DNA of 64,000 bases from Camelus dromedarius (Eukaryota), in the NCBI RefSeq assembly GCF_036321535.1, contig NC_087436.1:35218001-35282000 (forward strand), written 5' to 3'. A program made the position numbers and the translations under genes. Under the pieces are notes generated by a model that worked only from the letters and a program-made list of their open reading frames with translations, was not told the DNA's origin and made no database searches. This document shows, piece by piece, positions 27,901 through 37,652 of this stretch (within the stretch, counting starts at the first letter, position 1; each line of letters begins with the position of its first letter).

Positions 27901-28259
27901 ACAGAGTTTTAAATGTAAATGAGAGGTCAGGAAGACAATAATAGATGTGACAGTTGGACTGGCTAAGTCTAAGGTAGGGAGCTATGGAAATCTCTGGTAA
28001 ATTGGAAGGATTTGGCCAACTCAACAAGTCATATTAGTAGTTGGATATATTTATTAAAATGAAAACAATCTTAAGGGCTAACACTTTAGCTAAGTTGCTG
28101 GTTAAAGATACAAATACAGGCTTCTCTTTTCCAAATTTCCTAAAAAGTTTAGCCCCTCCTCTTTCTTCTACCATTAATGAAGTTCTAAACTTCTCTGAAG
28201 ACACAGATATAAGGTTTCTGAACGCTCTGAATTTCTTGGCTTTAATCTGAACTGTATTC

Positions 28260-28900
28260 TAACTCCTTTCCATGTGCTATTGTCTCTCTTTTAAGCTTCT
28301 GTAATTTTTTTCTTTGATATTCTCAAATTTCACTATAATGTGTCCAGGCATAGTTTTGTGGGGGTTTTTTCCCCATTGTCTTTCCTCTTTGCCATGCTAT
28401 GGACCCTTTCAGTCTGAGATTTTTTTTTCTGTTTTTAATTAATTCTGAGAAATCTCTCTTGATTATTTCCTCAAATATTTCCTCCTCTCAACTTTTATCT
28501 CTTATTTTCCAGGAATATTATATAGGATATTTCATTTATGCTTCTCTCCCACATGTCACTTAATTCTTCTGTAAGTCTTCCATATGTTTATCCTTTTCTG
28601 ATTCCTTCTGGAATGTTTTTTAAACTAAACCTTCAATTTGTTACTTAATGGATTACTTATTTACATAACCTATTATATTCTTTATTTAATCTATTATAAC
28701 TTTCACTCATAATATTTCTGCTTGGTTCTTATGGTTTCTTATCTGTGTTGCATATTTTAAATAAATTCCTTTATCTCTTCTAATTATTATGCTAAATTAT
28801 ATTATTTAGTTATTTATTCTACTTTCTGCTTCCACTGAAATATGAATTCAAGTTTATTTGTAGTTTTGAAATAGTTGTGCTCTCTTTAATTCTCTCTCTT
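28260..28900 (-). mobile_element. Ancient HAL1/L1 ORF1-region remnant
   Basis: aaatttcactataatgtgtccagg, ggaccctttcagtctgag and attctgagaaat are antisense ORF1-type motifs. Confidence 0.55.
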
Positions 28901-29079
28901 TCTGTCTCTCTCCCTCCTCTCTATGTGCCTATGAAATCATATTCCCTTGGGGTTATTGGATAATCTAACTGGAAATGCATGAAGTGGGAGGGAGGTGGAT
29001 CCTGTATTCCCTGCTGGTTCAGCATTTTGGTAGAAATTGGAACTGAAATCTCTCTTCTACTCTTTTTACTGTTTTCCAG

Positions 29080-29803
29080 ATATGATAGAGAACATGTGCT
29101 CTGACCACAAAGCAATAAATTTAGAAGTTAATAATAAAAAATATAAATAAAATTCTTAAACTTGGAAATTTTTTAAAATTGCCAAGTAGCTCATGAGTTA
29201 GAAAGAAATCAAAACAAAAAAATTTAAAGAGTTAGAAGTATATGATAATAAAACGCATCTCAAAACGTACAGGGCTGCATAAGCCATGCCATAAGGGAAC
29301 ATTAGTCTTTTTACGTGTGTATGTCAGGAAGTCAGAAAGGCTGTAAATTAATGATTTAAGTGTACAACTTATGAATGTAGAAAATGAATAACAAAATATA
29401 CCTAAATATAGTATAAAGAAAAATAAAATAAAAATAACAGCATAAATTATAAAACAGAAAACAAAGATACATCTGAGTATCAAAAATGTAATAGAGTAGG
29501 GGTGATATAAGCAAGATGGCAGATTAAGAAACACCAGACCCTCCTTCCTCCCTCAGAGAAACAAATTCAACAATGCATGGACCAATGTAGAATATGTTTT
29601 GAAAATTTATTAAAAATGGACAAATGCTTTGAGAACTGTAACTTATCAAATCAGAATTAAGAAGAATTCAAAAGCCTGATTAGTCCTGGAACTATTAAAG
29701 AATTGAAGTAATAGTCAAACAAAAATATTCCCAAAATAAAACTTTAGGCACAGATAGTCTTATTAGCTATTTCATTAAACTTTCAAATAATGGATAATTC
29801 CTA
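29080..29803 (+). mobile_element. Old L1M ORF2 remnant, left part (continues at 36277)
   Basis: ctctgaccacaaagcaataaatttagaagttaataa (EN end) and aatggacaaatgctttgag...aactttaggcacagatagt. Confidence 0.7.
29498..29587 (+). mobile_element. Short L1 5'-terminal fragment
   Basis: ggggtgatataagcaagatggcagattaag...ccctccttcctcc, with a YY1-like caagatggc at the start. Confidence 0.55.
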
Positions 29804-30208
29804 TGTTAGGAAATCTGAAACTCTTAGGATAAAACTGACTGTTCTATAACCATGATAGCAAGTAAACAGCAGAAGTGGCTTTAACCATATTTAGTTGATC
29901 AATGACAACTCACTTAGTCAACCTTTACGTGAAAGCCAACCGATAAGTGAGTCTCAAGCGTCAGTTAGGCGGCAGCAGACTCACTACAGATCATGCTTCT
30001 AAAACTAACATTGACCTACACCTACCTGTGTGAGCAACAGCAACAACAAACACACACTTAGGAAACTAATAGAAAACCCACTTCTGCCCCATGCCCAGCC
30101 CAGTACAACATAAAACAAACTCTTAGCCAAAATCCTGTGTTTCAGAGCAGCAGTTTACGTCTCCCAACGAGACCATGCATGACTCCCATAGCCTTTCACT
30201 TTGTAACA
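29804..30208 (+). mobile_element. 5' LTR of an ancient ERV1 relic (MER110/MER90-like, tentative)
   Basis: Collinear homology with 35047-35102 plus 35890-36276: ttctataaccatg/ttctattaccatg, tttagttgatcaatgaca/tttagttaaccagtgaca, gccaaccgataagtga/gccaaccaatcagtga, gccaaaatcctgt/gccaaaaccatgt. Confidence 0.7.
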
Positions 30209-31288
30209 TTCTATAGGGTGCTCAAACAAATGAGCATGTTAACCAGATACCTGTGCCCAAATTCCATTTGTCCTTCAAATTTGCTGCCAAATGAGCCTAA
30301 TTAAAAATGAGCACTCACTTAATTTGTAGCATTTTTGTTGATAACTTATTTTTGTTTTTTACACTACAATGTATAACCAATAGGTTTTTATTGTAAGGCA
30401 ATCAGGCTTAAATTATGGCATATGCCAATTAGGCCTTTTTTTTTTTTTTTTAACATTTTTTTATTGAGTTGTAGTCATTTTACAATGTTGTGTCAAACTC
30501 CAGTACAGAGCACAATTTTTCAGCCATACATGAACATACATATATTCATTGCCACACCTTCCCTCTCTGTGAGCCACCAAAAGATCTTGCACACACTTCC
30601 CTGTGCTATATAGTACAATCCTGTTTATCTATTCTACATATGCCTGTCAGTATCTACAAATTTTGAACTCCCAGTCCATCCCTTCCCACCACTCTCCACC
30701 TTGGCAACCACAAGTTTGCATTCTATGTCTATGAGTCTGTTTCTGTTTTGTATTTATGTTCTTTATTTTATTTTATTTTATTTTTAGATTCCACATATAA
30801 GCAATCTCATATGGTATTTTTCTTTCTCTTTCTGGCTTACTTCACTTAGAATGACATTCTCCAGGGACATCCATGTTGCTACAAATGGTGTTATGTTGTC
30901 ATTTTTATGGCTGAATAGTATTCCACCGTGTAAATATACCACTTCTTCTTTATCCAGTTGATGGACATTTAGTCTGTTTCCATGTCTTGGCTATTGTAAA
31001 TAGTGCTGCTATGAACATTGGGGTGCAGGTGTCTTTTTGAAGTAGTGTTCCTTCTGGATATATGCCCAGGAGTGGGATTCCTGGGTCATATAGTAAGTCT
31101 ATTCTTAGTGTTTTGAGGAATCTCCATACTGTTTAAAACAGTGGCTTTCCTTGCTTCCCTCTCCCACTCTTAATGATTTAGATGTCTTCTTTTACAATTT
31201 TGTCTTTATTCTTTTTTGTAATTCATGGCAGTTATCTCCTTTCCAGTTATGAGTTTCTCATTTTTGTAGCATCCTGCTTCTTTTCTAT

Positions 31289-32187
31289 TTAGACTAGACC
31301 TGTCAATATTTCTTTCAGCATGGGTTTAGTGTTGCTAAACTCTTTTAGTTTTTGCTTGTCTCTGAAGTTCTTTATCTCTCTTTTGATTCTAAAGGATACT
31401 TCGATTCCTGGATAGAGTATCCTAGGCTGCATCTTTTTTTCATTCAGGACTTTGAATATATCTTGCCACTCCCTTCTGGCCTGTAGTGTTTGTGTAGAGA
31501 AATCAGCTGAGAGCCTTATGGGGGTTCCCTTGTAACTCAGTCTTTGTTTTTCTCTTGCTGCCTTTAGGATCATTTCTTTATCCTTGACTCTGGCCATCTT
31601 GATAATGATATATCTTGGTGTGGGTCTGTTTGGGTTCTTCCTGTTTGGGACCCTCTGAGCCTCTTGTACTTGGATATCTGATTCCTTTAGGTCTGGGAAG
31701 TTTTCAGTCATGATTTCTTCAAAGACCTTTTCAAGCCCCTTTTGTTCTTTCTTCCCCTTCTGAAACCCCTATTATGTGTAGATTGGCACACTTTATATTA
31801 TCCCATAGGCCCCTTATATTGTTTTCATTGTTTTTTATTTGTTTTTCTCTCAGCTGTTCTGATTGTGTGCTTTCTGTTGTCCTGTCTTCTAGGTCACTTA
31901 TTCATTCCTCTATATTATGTAGCCTGCTTTGTACAGCCTTTAGGTCAGCTGTCATCTCAGCAAATGAGTTTACTAATTCTTGGTTCTTCTTTATAGCTTC
32001 TATTTCACTTTTGACATATTTTATATCTCTAAACACTTCCTTTTAGTTCCTTCAGTACTTTGATTACTCCTTTTTTGAAATCTTGATCTAATAGGCCATC
32101 AATGTCTATTTCCTTGATCATGCTTTCAGGGGATTTCTCTTGATCTGTTAATTGGGAGTGGTTCCTCTGCTTCTTCATATTGCTCAT
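31289..32187 (-). pseudogene. L1 ORF1p, full extent but disrupted
   Basis: Starts MSNMKKQRNHSQL at 32187, with a frameshift and a stop mid-gene. The C-terminal 140 aa are open (ENFPDL...PTPRYIIIKM...ILKAAREK...GTPIRLSADFS...ARREW...PRILYP). Confidence 0.92.
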
Positions 32188-32229
32188 ATCTCTCTGGCAC
32201 TGTGGCTAAATGAGTATCAGTTATCTAGT

Positions 32230-33524
32230 TCTGGAGGTGCTGCGCTCTTAATGATTTTATCGAGAGGTCTTTGTGTCTTCGCCCTGTTTGTCGAACTCAG
32301 CTTGCTGTTTCCAGAGGCCTTCTGCTGGCGCCCTCATCTGTGCTGCTCCCAGAGGCTGTCGGCTAGCAGATAGCGCTCCCTTCCAACCCTGGGTCAGGTG
32401 CTGAGCTCCTACCTGGTGGGTGGGCGAGTCACTCCGCCTCCTGATGCCGCAGTCAGATGCTGCGCTAGGGCGAGGCAGGTGGGCAGATCACGTCCCCCTC
32501 CAGCACCGTGGTCAGGTGCTGTGTTCCTGCCAGGAAAGCGGGTTGCCACCCGCCCTCTCCCGGCGCTGGTCGCTCCGCTGCTCTGTGAAGCTGCTCACTC
32601 CACCTCAGGTCAGTGCTCCGAAGGGCTCGGGGAAGACCGCAGAATGGCCCCACCCCTGCTCCGTGCCAAATCTCAGCTCCTTGTTTGTCTTGGCTGCGCG
32701 AGTTCTCTGAGGTTCCAGGGCAGAAAGATCCTATCTGCCTCAGGCTGTAAACAAGCCTCCGTCCTGTCTAGGAGGTTGTGGAGCCCCCGGGTGCGGATTC
32801 AGGGCTCAGCCCTGCCCCCGCCTCCACCCGGGCGCTTCGCACAGGAGATGGCGGCTGTGGATGAGCTCCACCTCTCTTCTTGCGAGAAGCACCAATTATG
32901 GCGGTGCAGGTCTGAGGAGACAAAGGCTACGGTGCCCCTCCCCCCAGAGCACACCAGCCCAGTTGCTTTGCTTTTTTTGCAGTTTATAGGGGACCAAGGT
33001 TGTTCTGCTCCGTATCCCCTCCCAGCCACAGCACACAGCCCCCTGCAGGTCCCTGGGGCTGCCCCAGTGCAGCTGCCTCAGTCCTCTGCCCGGCTCGGGT
33101 GGCCTGTCCCAGCCCCCAGCTGCCGGCTCGCGTCTCGGGCTGGGTGTCACAGGGACTCTTTGTGCCCGTTTAACTCAGTTCTGTCAGTCAGGGGGTGCTC
33201 GGGGCAGATCTGAGCCTCAGAGGCTCCCCCTCCATCCCACTGGCCTCTCTGTTGGAGAGGAGAGACCCAGCAAATGAGCGCCAGTCCTCCTTTGCCGCTC
33301 CCACCCCGCAGGATTGGTCCCGCACTGTTTTGCTTTTTCTTTTTTGTTTTTTCCTTTTCTCCTACCAGATTTTTGGCGTCTTTGTCTTTCAAAGAGGGCG
33401 ATGTTCTGTCGGAGTTCGGCAGGTGCTCTGGTTAGCTGAGTAGGTCCGTAGATGTGAGTTTTGGTGTATTTGTGGGAGAGGGTGAGCTACAAGCGTCCTT
33501 CTACTCCACCATCTTGCTTGTCTC
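32230..33524 (-). promoter_or_regulatory. L1 5'UTR / internal promoter, CpG-rich
   Basis: The only strongly GC/CpG-rich block in the window. Begins gagacaagcaagatggtggag, a YY1-type caagatggcgg with CpG decay. Confidence 0.85.
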
Positions 33525-34125
33525 TGGTTGTATTTTCATTTTCATTTGTCTCAAGGAATTTTTTTTTAATTTCAACTTTGATTTCATCATTGACCCATTG
33601 ATTTTTTAATAGCATGTTGTTTAATCTCCATGCTTTCCTTTTTTTCTCCTTTGTTTCTCTGTAGTTGATTTCTAGTTTCATGGCATTATGATCAGTAAAG
33701 ACGCTTGAGATAATTTCTATCTTCTTAAAATTGTTGAGGCTTCTTTTGTGCCCAAATACATGATCAGTCCTAGAAAATGTTCCATGTACACTTGAAGAGA
33801 ATGTATATCCTATTTGTTGGGAGTGTAATGCTCTGAAAATATCCACCAAATTGAATTTTTCTATTGTATCATTTAATTTCTCTGTTGCCTTATTTATTTT
33901 CTGTCTGGAAGATCTGTCTAGTAATGTTAATGCGGTGTTAAAATCTCCGACAATGATTATATTCCCATCAATTTCCCCCTTTATCTCTGTTAGTAATTGT
34001 TTTATGTACTCAGGTGCTCCTATATTGGGTGCACATATATTAATGAGTGTAATATCCTCATCTTGTATTACTCCTTTAATCATTATAAAATGTCCTTCTT
34101 TATCTTTCTTTATGGCCTTTGTTTT
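33525..34125 (-). pseudogene. L1 ORF2p endonuclease fragment lacking its N-terminus
   Basis: ORF 33487..34083: INICAPN, IIVGDFNT, FSRTDH, FTDHNA, WRLNNMLL. The last 12 aa are read from the 5'UTR across the junction. Confidence 0.95.
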
Positions 34126-34138
34126 AATTAGGCCTTTT

Positions 34139-35046
34139 AGTTTGGAGGAATATCATATATTGAAAATTAGAGATAGGCTTTTGTATAAAGTCACTAGATG
34201 TTTTTGTTGCAGTATTTAATAAATATTTTTTCAGTTAATTTGCTTATCATTTCCTTTCCCTTTTGTTTGACTGTTTGTACAAAGTATAATCTCATGTATT
34301 TTTGTTTTGCCCTGGATTGTCTTGAGTTAAACACATAACACAGTGTGCTTCATAGGGAAACTACAAAAAAAAAGTTAGCAGATCATTAATCTTCATAGGC
34401 TGTAATGGCTAATGTCTTTAAGCAAGGATTCTTCATACAGGAGAAAAACAAATCTTTGGAGATATCCAAGATTTGACACCAGATTTGGAAAAGAGACAGT
34501 GAGTACAATCAGGTAGTAAAATGCATCAGGTTAAGATAAAACTAGACAGTTCAAATTGGCACCTGACAAACTCTTCCACGAGGCAACCTATCATATTTGG
34601 AACATGTTGACCTTGTTAGTAAACAAATACTAAGAAGAAATATTTTCTATGATAGCAAAAGATATGACTAATTGATACCTCATCTGTAACTTTATTTCCT
34701 TTATCAGGCCTGGGAAATCTTCCAGGGAGCCTTCCAATTCCTTTCTATAATATTTTAATTGTACCTGTTTCCTCATTGTCATCTAATGTAACCTAATAAC
34801 TGTTGTCCAGAGTATTAAATTATTCTACATTTTGTAGAATCTTTGTCCCAATAGATGATACAACAAATGATTCAAAGCCATGAACAGGATAAAATCATGC
34901 TGACTGAAGCTCAATGAAAGATCAGACTTCTGCAAACAAAACCACATTTTCAAGAAAAATCACTTTTGTTAAAAGTGGTGGAAAGCTGGACAGTCCCTGA
35001 TGGTCTCATGAGCAGCTTTGGTTGATTAAGAATGAAATGGGAGACC
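34139..35046 (+). mobile_element. ERV internal remnant (with 30209-30439), ending in a polypurine tract
   Basis: Lies between the two homologous LTRs. Purine-rich aagaatgaaatgggaga sits just before the tgagaa LTR start at 35047. Confidence 0.5.
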
Positions 35047-36276
35047 TGAGAATTTTATAAGCTCCCACACTACTAAGAAATTGTTGATGTTCTATTACCA
35101 TGGGTGGTATGATACAAAATATATATTTGGTCTTTGCTTTGTATTCCTGGCACAAAACTTCAAAAACCTTTGGAATTTCCTGAGTGACAGAAATGCTTTT
35201 TATTACTCATAACAAGCCTTGTTTTGGCAATGAAGTTAAGCTAGCACGGTGACTCATGGTGGACCCACAGAAAGTTTCAACAGAGGGGCTGGCCAAACAC
35301 ATAATAAGAGAATCAGACCTTTCATTCCCACCTCCCAATATCTGGGGGGGGGGGAGGGAGCTGGAGATTGATTTAATCAAGTGCTAATAATTTGATCAAT
35401 CATACCTATGTAATGGGGCCTCAGTAAAAAATCTTGAACAAGGTAGTCCAGGGCACTTCCAGATTGGTAAACATCTTGATGTTTTGGGAGGGAGGTGTGC
35501 CTGGATTCCAGAAGGAAAGAGAGTGTGAAAGTCCTTTACCTCCCCTCTCCCAATCCAACCTTGTTCTGTGTCTCTCTTTGCTTAGCTAATCCTAAGTCTT
35601 ATCCTTTACAATACAACTGTAATCTTCAGTACAGCACTTTCCCAAGTTCTGTGAGTTTTCTAGAAAATTATCAGATCTGAAGGGGCAAGGGTTCTGGAAC
35701 TCCTGAATTTGTAGAAAGTCATCCAGAAGTGCAGGTAGCCAAAAGACCTAGGACTTTCTTCTGGTATCTGAAGTGGTGGCAGTTTTGTGGGACTGTGCTC
35801 GCTAACTTGTGTGATCTGTGCTAACTCCAGGTAGTTAGTGTCAGAATTGAACTGAATTGTAGAACACTCAGTTAGTGTAAGAAAATTCGTGTAAGAGGAG
35901 ATTTTAAACCTGTTTAGTTAACCAGTGACAGCTGAATGAACACACCTTTGAGAGCCAACCAATCAGTGACAGCCTTACATTATGAAAGTCAGCTAAGTTT
36001 CAATGGACTTACTCCAAGCTATGCTTCTAGGACCAGTATCCCACTCCCATCTCTCTAAACAACACTGACCATGCTTCTGTAACATTGACATCTGCCCATT
36101 TCTGTCCCTATATCCATCATAACCAGAATCAAAACTTCCTGCCAAAACCATGTATCATCAGCTATTTGTTCCATCCAGTGTGACTGTATCTGGCCACTGT
36201 AGCTCTCTGTAGTTAAATAAGGCATAAATCAAGCTTTTCTACTAAAGATAGTGCATGGTAGTCTGATGTTTTGACA
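35047..36276 (+). mobile_element. 3' LTR of the ERV1 relic, interrupted by MER21
   Basis: TG...CA termini (tgagaa at 35047, ttttgaca ending 36276); homologous to 29804-30208. Confidence 0.7.
35103..35890 (+). mobile_element. MER21-family LTR
   Basis: aaaatatatatttggtctttg...cctggcacaaaacttcaaaaacctttggaatttcctgagtga and tgctaactccaggtagttagtgtcagaattgaactgaattgtag. Confidence 0.85.
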
Positions 36277-36990
36277 CATGTAAACTCTTTCATGGATTGT
36301 GAAAAAAGAAACACTCCTCAAGTTATTCTAAGAAGTCATTATAATTTTTGAAACCGTCAGAAAATGATAATACAAGAAAAGAACTTTACAGACATATTTA
36401 CCTGATGACTATAGGTGAAAAATTCCTAAACAAAATATCACCAATTTCCACATGGCAGCATAGTAAAAAAAAAAAAATACATTATGATTAAGTTCAGTTT
36501 GCCCCAGGTATGTAAAGATAGCTCCATGTTAACATTAACGGATTACATCATAACAATTAATACAGAAAAACTTTTGATAACAATGTAAAAGTATGCCTAA
36601 AATTTAAAATAAATCCTTATGAATTAGCAATAGGAGGCAACTTCTTCAACTTGATAAAATAATTTATGAAAAACCTACAGCGATTATGATCCCAAATGGG
36701 GAAATTTTAGAAGCACTCCATTTAAAGTTAAGGCAAACAAGTTACTCCTATCATCACTTTCATTCAATATGTATTTGAGCTCAAAATGCAAAAGACAGGA
36801 GAAGAGCATTATTATCTAAGGAATAAAAAAGAGAAAATAAATTTGCATAATTAGCCAATGATATAATTCTTTACATAGAAAACACAAGGAAACTACAGGT
36901 AAATTATTAGAAAAAATAAGAAAATTAGAAAGATGGATGGATATAAGATTAATGTATAAAAATCAATTATATTTGCACACACTAGTTATC
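36277..36990 (+). mobile_element. Old L1M ORF2 RT remnant, right part
   Basis: aaactctttca...tacaagaaaagaactttacagac...aaaaattcctaaacaaaata...gatataagattaatgtataaaaatcaatt, continuing from 29803. Confidence 0.75.
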
Positions 36991-37399
36991 AGCTCAGAGA
37001 TCATTAATATTTTTGTGATTGATCACTATGTGGCTTTTAGAATATAAGTTAAAATAAGTGGCATTGAAAGTTTTAAAAAAGACTTCTAGTTCAATATACT
37101 TATTTGTTTGAATTAGGGTTTTTTAAAATTACTTATTGCTTATGAGATTTAAAACTAGGAATTAGAATGATTCAACCAATAGGTGATAGTCATCAGTAGG
37201 TAAATAGATAATTAGAAAAAAGATATTTTATCTCATGGAAAAATGCATTTCCAATAATATTTTATTTATGTTTAATATGATATATCGAATAGTGTAATAT
37301 ATTATTTTTGTTTGATTTTATGTTATTATATTTATAATGGTAAGTCTAATGATAACTGCAGTCATTTCAATAAACTCAAACACCATTCACTCTTTTCTT

Positions 37400-37652
37400 T
37401 GCCCAGAGGGATCACCACTCTTTGTGCTCCAAATACTTCTGCTGTGGCTTGGAACACGCCCCCAGGCAAAAAGCCAAGGTGAGCTTGGAGGTCACTTCAT
37501 ATGTTTCCTTGCTTTCAAGGAATCACAGTCCTGACTTATTTGGGGTCCAATGCTTAAAAACAGTTCCTTCATATATTTTGTCCAGATTTATAGTTATTTG
37601 CTCAGAGGTAAGCTGATACTTGTTAACTCCCTTATGGCTACAAATAGAAATT
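37400..37652 (-). mobile_element. Old L1M 5'-end fragment
   Basis: tcaaggaatcacagtcctg...ccaatgcttaaaaacagttccttcatatattttgtccag. Confidence 0.6.

Larger units (their letters stand above)
30440..34125 (-). mobile_element. Rearranged lineage-specific LINE-1: EN fragment + 5'UTR + ORF1 + ORF2-deleted 3' end + polyA, one 13-bp TSD
   Basis: TSD aattaggcctttt at 30427-30439 and 34126-34138; polyT tract from 30436; internal junctions at about 31146/31147 and 33524/33525. Confidence 0.93.

Noticed and set aside
33487..34083. Stand-alone functional endonuclease gene
   Set aside because: Lacks the N-terminal part of the APE-type EN domain, which carries catalytic residues. It is a fragment of the L1 insertion.
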